Position numbers and translations under genes: made by a program. The notes under the pieces are model-generated. The model was not told the origin of the DNA. It saw only the letters and a program-made list of their open reading frames with translations, and did no database searches. From assembly GCA_964304625.1 (NCBI GenBank), contig OZ199838.1, forward strand, positions 16,145,731 to 16,209,730: DNA of 64,000 nt, given 5' to 3'. Shown piece by piece: positions 1-13,121 of this stretch. Positions within the stretch are counted from its first letter, which is position 1. Each line of letters begins with the position of its first letter. This stretch comes from Kudoa neothunni. Taxonomy: Eukaryota > Animalia > Cnidaria.

Positions 1-1
1 T

Positions 2-1181
2 ATTGGAGGTTACACACGCCTCAAAAATGCCGGTCTCTCCATGGTCAAGTGGAAACTTGTTGACGATATGTTCCTTCCAAACTCAGATGAACAATGGCTC
101 ACCACCTACGAGGAATACAAACAATACCCCGAGTACCACTTTTCCGATGAGGAAATCACTTTGAATAAATTTAAAAAAATCTATTTCCTCGAATACTTCC
201 ATCGATTGTGGGGAAGATTAACAGGATTTGTATTCGTGATACCTACTGTGTTGTTTCTACTCACCGGCAAACTTAAAGGAATGGAAAAACGCGCACTTAT
301 CTACAATCTACTTGTTTTGGCTCAGGTTGGGCCTTTTTATATTAAATTAGCGTTTACAATTTGGCGGTATTATATGCGGCTCCAATTGTAGGGTCTCATG
401 GGGTGGATTATGGTCAAAAGTGGCTTGAAAGAAGAAACTATGAGTAGCCATGGCGATCCAGGTGTTAGTCAGTATCGTTTAGCGTCACATTTGGGATTGG
501 CTCTGATTCTGTACTCGTTGACCACTTGGCAAGCGTTCAAAATACTTTTGCCCCTAGCCAGTGTAGATTATCTGTTTAATATTTGTGGTTTGGATCATTT
601 GATTAATTTTTTGCGTGTGCTGATTGTTGTGACATTTTTTTTGGTTTTAGGTTCCACCTGGATTCACCTCTAAAATCTCCAAACCTATGCTTATGAGTGG
701 ACATATTGCACTTTTAATGGTGTTCATTACAAGTCTCTATGGAGGAATAGTTGCAGGTATGGATGCCGGAAAGGTTTGCGATACCTATCCTAAGATGAAT
801 GGTAAATGGATTCCCGATGGATTGGACGAGCTGAGTCCTAAGTGGAAAAATCTTTTCGAAAATCCACTTACCGCCCAATTCATCCATCGCATCCTTGCTC
901 ATATAACGGCTGGAACCTGCGTTTATGCTGCTTGTAAAGCTTTACGCCTGAATCCCACACCAATGAGAATATCATTCGCTTGTTCCGCTGTCATTTCTCT
1001 CACACTTCTTCAGATGTATTTCGGGGTCAAAACTGTGTGGAGTGGTGTCGATATAGAATTGGCATTAAACCACCAGCTTTGCGCTGTTGTCATGCTGACC
1101 AGTTTGTTGTTGCTCTCTCTGGAAATTTCACAACTTAAAAAGGGTCAATTCAAAAAAGTAATGCCAAAAAACATAATTTAA
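2..1181 (+). CDS. COX15: Heme A synthase COX15, 5'-partial. Visible exons <2-325, 392-562, 651-1181.
   Basis: Motifs [86 protein letters not shown] and ALNHQ are diagnostic of COX15/CtaA. GT-AG introns at 326-391 and 563-650 join the three ORFs in frame. Confidence 0.95.
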
Positions 1182-2164
1182 AATTAGTTTATTCGCTATG
1201 ACTGCGTTCACTCGACTTTCTGTTTGCGTGTTTTTAATATATTTAGTTTGAGTTAAACTACACTTGTAAATATACTAATTTTAAGTTGAGAGGTTTTAAT
1301 AGATTTTAATGTTAATTAAGTTATTTAGCTTAATGCTTTTTCAAACATTAATTCCTGTTATATAATAAAATTCTCGAATTCATTTAGTAAGATAATTTAA
1401 TAAATTAAACTTATATTGATATAATATAAAATTTCAAATTTTATTATTTAAAATCTTTTGTAATCTGTCCATTAAGGCGGACAAGTGGAATTTATTTACG
1501 TTAGCAAATTGGCGCAGATGAAAGAATTTTCAAATAATACTTTCTGCACTTATTTTACATAACATATGTGATATGGACACGTCAGATAGACAAAGTTTTG
1601 TCCATATTTTAGTTATTTTCTTTAAAACCTCCTGGAGTTGGAATTTCTACAAATTTTTACCTGGATCTCAAATCATTTCTACATAGGCACTGATTTGATC
1701 AAAAAATGATTAGAATAGTGTTCTCCAATCTTTTTTAATTCTAAAAAATTTTTCTTCTGAGGATGTCAGATGACCCACTTAAATAATGAAAATATTTGAT
1801 AGAATTAAAAACTAATAATTTACAGTTTATTATATTATATTTATATCCAATATTATATATAATGAAAATCTAATAATGGAAATGATTCGTTTTTCTTCCG
1901 ATTATAAATATAGTTAATACTCAAATATTCGATATATTTTTTATATACATAAAACAGAAAATATAGTATTTGAAATACCTTGGTTTTAATATTTAATTAA
2001 AATAATAAAATTTTTGTATGTAATAAGTAATATTTAACAAACAATTTTTTAGATTGGCATATAATTAATAATTTCCTCATCAAATTATCCTATTATATAT
2101 GAATTTCTATTGATTATTAAAGTTGAATAGGTTTAATAAAATGAATCTTTTTACGAAACAATAT

Positions 2165-2227
2165 AATAATCAGCTTAATTATTAGTTTTTATTGTTTACT
2201 TAACAACGATGTTCTATAATCAACAAA
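2165..2227 (+). promoter_or_regulatory. Conserved proximal upstream motifs of family 1 genes
   Basis: aatcagcttaattattagtttt and gttctataatca are conserved immediately before the ATG in A, B (~21983-22034) and C (~43818-43873), although the surrounding B sequence has diverged. Confidence 0.4.
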
Positions 2228-5200
2228 ATGAGACAGAGATATTTTGCTATATTATGTCTTTTTGTTTTGACAGGTAATCCCTCCAAATAAATACTATTCT
2301 TATTTTTTTAGTTTTTCACTCTCAGTATGGCTTCAAAAATGATATTGATAATAATATAATGGAATTAAAGTTTTCAAACGATGATAACAAATATCATATT
2401 TCGCTCTCTGGGTATAATATCGAAAATAGCCACAGAAAATGTGCTCTCCAATATTATGATAACATCACTAATGAACTTAAGAAAGTTCCTTCTTGTAAAA
2501 CCGATATATCTAATGCAGTTGAAGATGAAGCAGCTCATATGTGTGCTTATGAATGCAAAAAAGTTACATTGAAATTCAGCGCGGATGAATTTAAAAAAGT
2601 CAAATATTTCAAGTGGTGCCAAGGAAAAAATGATAAGGACGCTAAGAAATGCAATGTTAATAGAGCATTTTCAGTCAGAGGTATTTTAGAAAATTATATA
2701 TAATTTAACGTTTTATTAGATATTTACTTAAAAAGTTATTTAAAAGCGACTAAAGGAATTGATGAATTCACTGTTACGGTTAAAAGCAAAAAAAATAATG
2801 CATTTACTTCAAAAATTGATGGAAAACAAGATCAGGTTCCTGCAACTGAAGGCTTTTATGATGAAAAAAATATAACATTGTACGCTAAATCACATGGTTT
2901 AAAATACGCCATAGAATTTACAAATAATTCACCAGAAATTCAGTTAAACCCCTTAAAGCCAGTAGAAGATTGGTTTATTTCAACTGGATCCGAGCATATA
3001 GTTGGTGATCAATATTATTACTCTATATCTCTTCAAAACCCATTACCTTCGAAAATGTGTTATTTTGGAATAAAACATATGGATGACTCGCTGTTTTCCT
3101 CTTCCTGCTCAGATATGAACAAAGCTGGACCATGTCTCCAGCCTTGTCACAAAGCAACATTAAAATATTGGAAAGAGTTAAAATTTGCACAAGTAATGGT
3201 TAAATCATATGACAACCCAACATCAAAAGAATTTATTCAAACTGTTACATGTAATTTACTTCTTATGTGTATATAATTTTTAACGTAAAATAAGTTAAGA
3301 ATGATCAACCAAAAGCAACGACTACGAATAACCAAGCAACTATTCCTTTAACTAATTTAAATATGAATGAAGATGACACCAATGTTAAACTGGTTCGTCA
3401 ATTAAGGAAATTAAAATAATAAAGAAATTCCTTGGAATTAATGATAATTGGAAAGACCATACATGTATTGACGGATGTACTACAAATTTTGGCTCAATAA
3501 CTATTACCTCATTGGACGACCTAACAGAATATGTTCTCAGAGTTAAAATATCTGGATTAACAACAGTGGATTCTTCTGAAGTTAATTATTATCATAGATA
3601 TTTTTATTTCCAAACAAATGGTACTAATGAATATTTAATGATAATTATATATTTATGGGTAGGAAAGGAATTTTCTGGTTCTAAGAGTATAAAGTTCGCA
3701 ACTATATCAGAAACACATACAAAATTATCTGTTACTCCGTCCCAACTTTTCACTGATGGGGCAAATGTAAATACTAATTGTCAATTATACTACTCAACGA
3801 CAGGGGCTGAGCCCTTGAAACTACCTGCCACATGTGAAATAGGCGAAAATAAAACAATTTTGTTTAGCTAAATGCACTAGCACTTTTAGTGTAGTGAATC
3901 TTGACCCAATGACCAACTATAAATTTACTATTTGTTCTGAAGGATATACGTGCTTTGAGTTCGCCGAAGAGAAAACAAGTAATGTTTATTGTTTTGTTAA
4001 ATAATAAATATTCTTCATAGCAACTGGAGTAACGCCCACAGTTACTCCTGGTAATGATATATCTGCCAAAAAAACAAAGGTTACACTAGGTCCTCAAAAT
4101 GGAATTAATGACAACGCATGGAGATATTTACTTATAGAAAAAACATCAGAAAAAACAGTTAATGATTGTTTAAATTCCGCGTGCAAACCTACAGTAACAT
4201 CTAATGTTCTAAATTTTGATTGGACTGATCTTAATCCTGATCTTACATACAGCATAGTTCTGTTTAACGAAGATTACACTAATCCGAAAATAGCTGATAT
4301 AGAAAGTATTTCTCGATTATTACAAAGTTTGAAACTTTATAGATAATCAGGTGGAAAACATTGGTCCATTAATTCTACAATACGACACATCCACTCAAAC
4401 ATATAATGTAAAATTTAATGAAAGCCCAACAACTTTAATCGATAAAGAATGCAATGTTCAAAAATTTAAGTCAGGGAAAAATATATATGAAGGTGCTGGT
4501 AAAAATATGGGAGAAATTAGAAGAAATTGCAATGAGCTTACAGGATCAACAAATATTAATATTGATATTTCTGATAAGTTGACTTATATTTCTGTCGCTT
4601 ATGAACATACGGAAGTAACGTTGGAAAAATCTTTAAAATCAGGAGTCAAGAAACTCCAAGTTTCTAAATCAATTTTGTTTCATGACGTTCAAAGTCACCC
4701 AGTAATTTCCAAAAAAAGCAAAATAGAAAGAGTTACATTAGGCAAAGAGGAATTAACAGGTATTATTCTTAAGGAACAGAGATGAAGATAATGTTGACAT
4801 AGGTAAAGAACAAAATAAACAGGTAGGAGACAAACATATAACAGCTACAATAAAGGTTGTACCAGATAATCCGCTAACGCCGGAAAAATCTAATCACGTA
4901 ACGCCACAAGTAAAAACTGAACCAGTTATATATCCCAAAGGAAAAGTCTATTCTATTTTTATAGGTAATATAATTAATGTATTGTTGTAATTTTTATTAA
5001 AGATTATTACGAGGAAATAACATTCACTGCATCACATGATGGTGGAAAAATAAAGTTAGGATTGGATAAACGTTCATTAAGCTGTGCTGTGTATAAAGAT
5101 AATGTCCAGGATTCATCTGTAATAGCAGTAGTATCAAATTCCGGCGGTTCTTGTAACTTTGAAAGTTACTCAATTCCATTTACAGAGTTGGTCGAGGACT

Positions 5201-8200
5201 ATTATATAAGCTGTCCGGAACACTTTGATTTTCATTATTATTACGATAATAGTTTCGTAAAAAACCACGCTCCTATATTTAATCGTTTTTACTATGAGTT
5301 GGCTGTTGACGAAGAAAAAAAACAGTTAAAAGTCAAATTAGTCAACAAAGAACCATCTAAAATATGCACGTTTGAATGGATAGACACGACAGCGTCATCG
5401 TCTCTCCAATATTTTTCGAGTGAATGCAAAAACAAAGAAACCTGTTATTATGGCTTGTGTAGTAATATACGTTTCGGCAATGTTGCAGCTGAAGTGAATG
5501 CAATAAAAATACGCGCCCAAAAGCTTGGAATGTCTCCTGTTATTGGTTACCAAAACAACATTTATTTATGTAATTATTATTTATGTGTAACTAAATTATA
5601 TTAGGTTTAGTAAAACATGGAAACGACATATCTGTAAAGACCTCAAATAATAAGGTAACAATTGATATTAGTAATAATAATAAGAAAGAGGATGGTGAAC
5701 AAGTCACTGGATCCACTACAGTGCAGTGTACATTAACGTATTGGAACGCGTATGCTCCTTTGGTTAGCGAAATGGATAGGATAAGCGTCTCCAGTCCAAC
5801 GTGTAATTTCCAAGAATTAGAAATATCACCGGTTGAAACTACTTTGCCAAGTGATATTATGGTTACAGTGACAAATATTCCTAATTATAATCCAAAGAAA
5901 TATTTTTACCATAAAACTAGTATGATTTTGATTACATTATAATAACAATTATTTGTTTAGCTCAAGCAAATACTCTTAGTTTAACTAGCGAATCTGTTAC
6001 TGCTACTGCAAACGGATTCACGTTCATTCCATATTCGACGGCAACAACGAACATATGTAGTATTTACATCAAAGAAACTAAAGCTTCAGAGTATTATCCT
6101 GCTACATGCTCAGGAAACGCATTATGTGTTGGTAATTGCAAAACCTCATCCACAATTGAAGGACTCTATGCTGGTACTAGCTACGATATAATGATTATAC
6201 CTAGTGGAGATTTTGATGTTAAAACCATCAAAAATAAGCAGACATGTACATATTTTAAATATTTTAAGTGATTAAATAAACTTTAGTTGGCAGTACTGTA
6301 AAATTCGAGATTTCCAGTGATTCTACTAAAAATAATCTTAAAGTGGAACCCAACGGAATTATCGACAACCCGAGTGCTACTGAGTGTTACTATCAATTAT
6401 ATAAGCACGAATCAGATACCAGTATTCATTATTATTTATTTGAAAATTTAAAAATTTTAGCTTCACCAACAACAATATTGCAATCATGTATTGGGTGTAC
6501 ATCTAGAAATGAACCTATGAAATGTAATGAAATAGAATTCGGTTCTATTTTATATAATTATAAGAATAATTACCGATTATTGATATATGCAAAAGAAAAA
6601 ACAGCACCATTTAAGCTTGACATACCAGGTTATTTGATAATGATTTACGTTTTATATACATGTGTAGCATTTTCAAGGATGGGAAAAATTCAGCAAAAAG
6701 TTATGGCAGCTGCAACCAACGACATGGAAAAATTTTCTATAACATTATCAGGGTTTACAAATAATTTTAAATGTGCCATTAAAATTTCAAATTTCGACCC
6801 TGTTCCTACCTTTGCCAAACCGACATGTTCATCTAACATTGAAGAAAACGACTGTATTATAGATTGCAGCCGGAGTGATTTCGAAATTGGACATATTAAC
6901 TCAAAAGTTGATCGTTATATTTCAATTTGTTACGGTTCGGATAAAACGAAAGCACAAAGTTGTAGATCAGTTTCTGTTTTTGCCATAAAAATGGGTATAT
7001 TTATTATTAACGTGAATTATTACTTATGATCATGTTACTAATTAATCAATTTTTTAAGATTACTTGCAAAAAAATACATACAAATTGACACATGATGTGG
7101 GGAAAATGAAATTTTTATACAAAACAACATCAAAAACAGATTGGAGTGTTACAGTAGATGGAAACGACGATACTTTTAGTAACTCAGGAAAAACCAGTTT
7201 AAATCAATTAAAAAATTCTGAAACGCCAACAGAAAAATCTGGAGTTTTTTCTATTGAAAGATTTGTGAACTTTTATAAAATTAATTCAACACTTTTGTGG
7301 CCGGGAATCATTTATTATACAAACAACACGTTTTTGAATACAACAACCCCAATAAAGTCCCAAATTATTTATTCTATTTCATCAGTTGACGGAGACAACG
7401 AGAAAATTAATATTACATTCTTTCCCGGACCTTATAATAATGAAATGTGTCATATCAAAGTTTTTGAAGTTGGTACTAGTGGTGCAGACAATGAAAATAT
7501 ATTGAATGAATGTGGAGATAGGTTGGGCGGATGCTATCAACTTTGTCAAGATGGAGTGATTAATTTAACACAGCAATATAATAAAATCGGAGTAATCGTT
7601 AAAAGACGATTTGATAAACAAGAGTTCAAAGAATACTTTAAAAGTAATTAAGAATTATTTTAAAAATTTTATTTTCTTTAGAGGGAGACACTGGATTTTC
7701 ATTGGATGGAATTTCTAGCGCGAGTGTAACGCTCAAGGGGCTGGGAGTTTATAAAACTATTAACAAAGAAAATTTGACTCCTGCCTGTACTATTTATATA
7801 ACGATGGATAATAAAGTTTCCGAAAAAAAGCAGGCTAATTGCGACACAAATCAATGCAACACTGATTGTGATCCGTCGTACACCATTACTGATTTAAATC
7901 CCGGAACAAGTTATATAATTTCAGTTAAAATTACAAATTTGGGATTTACTGGGGATTATATAAGGAAAATGAAATTTAGAACATGTAAATACAGAAAATG
8001 TTATAATTTTTTAAATTTATTTTAGCGGATGGAACAGCGTTACCTGCATCTGAAAAAGAAATTAAAATGAAGTCAGGCGTGGCTTTATTAACACCATTTA
8101 GTGATGACGCTTCCTTGCCAATTTGTAGAATATATATAAAGAAAGAAGGTCTACCACATCCAAAATATATGGCCACGTGTGATGAAATAGGAATTTGCGA

Positions 8201-8643
8201 ACATAGATGTAGCAGTGAATTCAAGATAAATAATCTTGAGATAGGAAAAACCTATGAAGTATTTGTTGATCCTACCGATGGTAATCAGCAATCAATTTAT
8301 AAAATCAAAAGAGGTATTTTTAAAAAATGATTTATTTAACTAAATTTTTTGTAGAAAATGTTGAAACAACCATTACATATAGTTTTAACCATGGGAGCGA
8401 CTTAAAGATTACTGTTAATTTTAATGAAAACAGAGATAGTTCTGTGTGTCCCTTTATGCTTCACGAGAAAACTGAAGCGGATGGGAAGAGACCAACAATT
8501 GTTTGGTGTAATGATGATGAAGATTGTTCGGCTAACAAGTGTGTTATCGATATCAATGGTTATCAAAGGAGAATAATTACATCTTGAATGTGAAAGTGAA
8601 AGACATTTCATTATATAAAAAACATGATATTCCATGTAATTAG
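2228..8643 (+). pseudogene. Family 1 copy A: large secreted Cys-rich FN3-like multi-module protein, frameshifted
   Basis: Signal peptide MRQRYFAILCLFVLT and the same exon structure as copies B and C. Frame-breaking indels relative to B/C lie at ~3385, ~3853, ~4780 and ~8558. Sequencing error cannot be excluded. Confidence 0.7.
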
Positions 8644-11143
8644 TTTTATTATTTTTATGTTATAAAATAATAATATTTTAATGATACCAATAAAAGATGC
8701 AAGAATTATAAAAGCATTAAGGTGATAAAAATTCTGTGTATTTTTTAATAAATGTTTTCTAGTAAATTCATATATTATATAAATTTTGTCAAAATTCATA
8801 TTAGAAGAGGAAAATTTAAGGAGTGAATATTCGAATATTGATATAAACGATATAGTTCAGAAAGTGATAAAAAAGATTGAAGAAGGGTACATAATTTTAT
8901 TTTATTATATTTTCTAATATTTGATTAGTAATTAGTACTTCGGTGATAACTTTGACGTTAAACAATAATTAGAGAGTAAAGATCAGCATGAACATGCCAT
9001 AGCAGAAAGTCGAAACTCGTAAATTCTTTTTTACCTACAAATCTTAACTCTTTTATAGATCACTAAATAGCTACATGTAAATATTGCGTGTGACGATTTA
9101 ATAATATTTTTTAGTTTATATGCCATGATACCGATTGTGACAGTACTGTTGGTTGTGATAGGTATCGGTATTCGAAAGAAATTATCCATAGATACAACTT
9201 ATGATTTGTAACAGATATATTCGAGATTATTTCATTATTTTCAGATTAATTTTATATATATATATATATATTATTCATAGAATATTTTTTGTAGTAACAA
9301 AATCAAAAATCTACCTAAGAAATTACAACATTAATTAAATTTGTTAGTTATTATGTACATGATTAATATTCTTATTTATAAATAGTTACAAATGCATATA
9401 TATTCTAAAAATTTAAACAGCCTCATTTATTAAAAAATTAATATAGAAACCCAATTACATAATATCTCATATAATTAGCATGAGCGACAGTTTTTGGGGT
9501 TCATGTTGAATTATTATATAAAATTATTCAACTAATCATTTAAAGTTACAAATGAATCATTAATTCAAATTAAGAATAATATTTTTTTTAAGTATTCATA
9601 AAGCTAAAAATTATTGTTCGGAATGCAATGATGAAAATTTTTAGCACCCTTTTTTACGTAAGCGCACACAACAACTATTATTTTTTGTGCGTAGAAGATG
9701 TGATAGAAGAATCATATATTAATATCAAAATTCATCGAGGAAATGTTACGTTTATTTAAAAAGATCATTTCAATACCAAAAATCAGCTATAATATGTGAT
9801 TCTATAGGTCAGTTACAGGTCTGAGTAAACTTCTTTGATTTCGTTGCTACAACTCAAGTATAGATGAGATAAATATTAATTTTCTTATTTAAATACGACT
9901 TTAGAAATAATAGAGATAATCATAAAAAGTAACTTGAAGACCCAATAGCCATATTCTTAAATTTATCTATGTATTAATACATATACTTAAAAAATTATCG
10001 GTTAAACCTATTGTTTCAAAACCTCACTATTATTGATTTATATTAAATATCTTCTATTTTATCCATTATTTATAATTATTTTTTTTCTTAATCTCGTCTA
10101 ATTCCCAGTTTTTTCGTTGCGACAGTATTACAATTATTTAAATGTTACGTTTATTGAATAAAATAATTGATTTATTGATGAGGGTAAATATTTGGTAATA
10201 GTACAAAAGTTGTAAAATTCTAATATAATACACTTCTTAAGTATTAAAATATATCTAAGATAGTACGTAATTTACAAAGAATCGAAATATTTTAATACGA
10301 ACAATTATGATTTCCAATGTTTGCCTTATGGATATGCTTATTTCTCCACAATTATTATTTCGCAGTATAAACTAAAGAACTAATAAACAGCAACGTATAA
10401 TGCCAAACTATAATAAAATTTAATGTTTGAATATATATATAGAATATTTCTCTCTTTGGAAAATAGGAATAATCGATTAAATTCTTATGTATGTGTATCA
10501 AAAAATATTAAATTATTTTGTGTGAATTCCGCCTTTCAAAAATTTTACTTATGCTTGGGTATTATTTCAATATTTATCTATTTTTATTGATCTTTATAAA
10601 TTTTACTTGAATGATATATGAGGCCAACGTAAAATTTGAAGATCATTTTTGGGGAAATTTAAAAAATCATTATTCTCACAATCTAGAGCCTAACTGTTGC
10701 AGTGGACGGCGAAAATATATTTATCATCGTAATGGACTTAAGTTGGACACATTAATCTGGTTATGGTTCATTTTCCGTCGATAAGATGCAGAATTAAAAT
10801 TTATTGTACTTATCAATTAAATGTCACTTGTTTAACAAACATTATCATCAGCGATAAACCTCTACAACAGACAATGCACAAAAGTTAATGGAAAATTGGT
10901 TCGTTCGTGTTTTGCGCCAAGAGTGGAACATGACTTTTTATCCGTGTATATACGAAGGTGCATTACGTGATTTGTACTGTAGAATCAAATATCCTCAAAA
11001 ATCATTATATATAAAATGATGGTAAGACACAAAAAGTTTAAATATAAAGTCAAACAATAATTCAAATAACCGATAAACATAATGCTAACTAATTTTAGAA
11101 TTAATAATAATAACTAATCTAAAAGATGGAGTCATAGTATTAA

Positions 11144-13121
11144 TTAACGTTTTTTGTAGCATATTATTATAATAATGAAAACAAATATTATCACGATGGG
11201 TACGACGATTGCTATCACCAAAAATTTTTTCGATTTGGTAGACGAATTTTTTGGGTTGGATTCGGTGGAATTTGTAATATTTGGAGTAGTTGGAGTCTCA
11301 TTTTGGTCTCCTTAGATTGAGTAATAAAATAGTATATATATAATGAAAAAACCTTCAATAAATTTAATATATGTTCGATTATTGGCATAATTTTGTACCC
11401 ATGATGGTAATCTGTTCTAATATTATAATTTATAAATTATACGATATGATAATTATAAAGATACCTCGATTCGAAAAAGGTAATCGATATCTTTTTTCAG
11501 TCCTTGCTCATAAATATATGCAATAAGAGAGTACACATATATCTTCGTCACTATATCCTAAATCTATTGAACATGTATTAGTCCATATTTTATATACTTC
11601 CACATCGTAGGTGTTTGAAGTGATTTTTTTCTTTTATAGACGTGTTTATGTTGGAAAGGTCAGAGAATGAATACAGAGCTAACGTTGGATCATCAATATA
11701 AAACTAAATACACATAATAAATGTATTTTATTTTGATATAAATAAAATAATATCTATGCCTTAAAATAGTTACTTCCCGTTTTTATAGAAAAATCAATTT
11801 TTTTAAACTCAATAGTTTGATCATTCCAAGGGTGAGTTTCATCGAGAATCAACGTTACACTTTCAATAAATTCTAAGCAAGCCTCATAGTTGTAGGAAGC
11901 TACGAATTTTATTTGTCCCAAAAATTTGTTATAATCTTCCAATGTAGATATTAAATTAATATATTCTTCTGTTGATATGGAAATCGTTTCATCCTTGATA
12001 GAACAAGGGAATTTTAAAATAATTGATCCATCTCCCTGATCAACTTCAAATTTATTTTGCTATGAAATGAATTAATTGAAAATTAAATGAATGGATTAAA
12101 TTACAGTTATAAATTTGTAAATCAATCTAGGCAGAATATACTTGTAGCCGTTGGATTTCATATATTTACACAATAAAGAATGTGACGTTGAATTGGCAGA
12201 GAAAACTACAATATCATTATTATCACCATCGTGGTTGTGTATTTCTGTTGGATATCCAATCATTAACAAATCTGCATCCAATGATATATATCCAGCGTCG
12301 TTATATTGCTAATTTTTCAATACAATTATTGATATATTTTTATTTCATTTTAAAATTTAATTCCAAAAATGTTAGTTATAAAAAAACATAATTTCGATTG
12401 ATATTTGTTAAAATTATCAATTACCGTCGTCACATAGAATTTTCTATCACCCTAAACAAAGAATAAAAAACCATTTTATATTTTTATTATGTGGATACTT
12501 CTCTTCTGTATATATTGACAATATTTGAATCCACATAATTAAGAATAATTTTATCATTAGTCGATAATTTGGAATAGGATATTTGTAGAAGTTTATTATC
12601 GAGAGTAACGTTGCGAACGTTGGTACCAAAATCCACCCAATTTAGATAATGCATATTTTTCATTCTATAAAATAATATTAATTTTTCTTTTAGCATTAAT
12701 AGAATATTACGATGATGCAAAATTTTCATCAGAAATCACAACAGTTACGCTAGAGTTTTTGATCCGAACACGTTTTTTTAATATTCCCAAACATTCGTCC
12801 TCAATAACAGTCGCGTTATAAGTGACATTATTTGAATCTTAATTGACTTTTAAATAATTAATGAATAAATATTTAATTACTAGGACAAGGAAATGTTACT
12901 GATTGATCACATTTGACTCCAAAAAACATAAAATGTTCATGTTCACAAACAAATGCTTTAATATTTATTTCTCCATCATCAACATAAATCAATATCTCCT
13001 ATATATGTAATATATTATATTAATAAATTATATTTGTTGTTGCTTTTTTATATTCATCTTCTGAAGCGGATATTACAATATATAAAGTAAATAAAACCAA
13101 CTTCAAGAACCAATATACCAT
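11144..13121 (-). pseudogene. Family 2 copy 1: type I membrane protein, probably disrupted
   Basis: Signal peptide MVYWFLKLVLFTLYIVISA, a Cys-containing ectodomain, S/T/N/P stalk, TM segment FLVIAIVVPIVIIFVFIIIIIC and tail YKKR*. Compared with copy 2 it has a +1 A-run frameshift (~11625) and two GT->GC donors (13043, 11759). Confidence 0.7.

Noticed and set aside
2374-2622. Antisense and alternate-frame ORFs over family 1 exons (also 7976-8224, 22122-22436, 24412-24654, 46244-46507 and others)
   Set aside because: Shadows of the real plus-strand exons; they recur only because the gene is triplicated.
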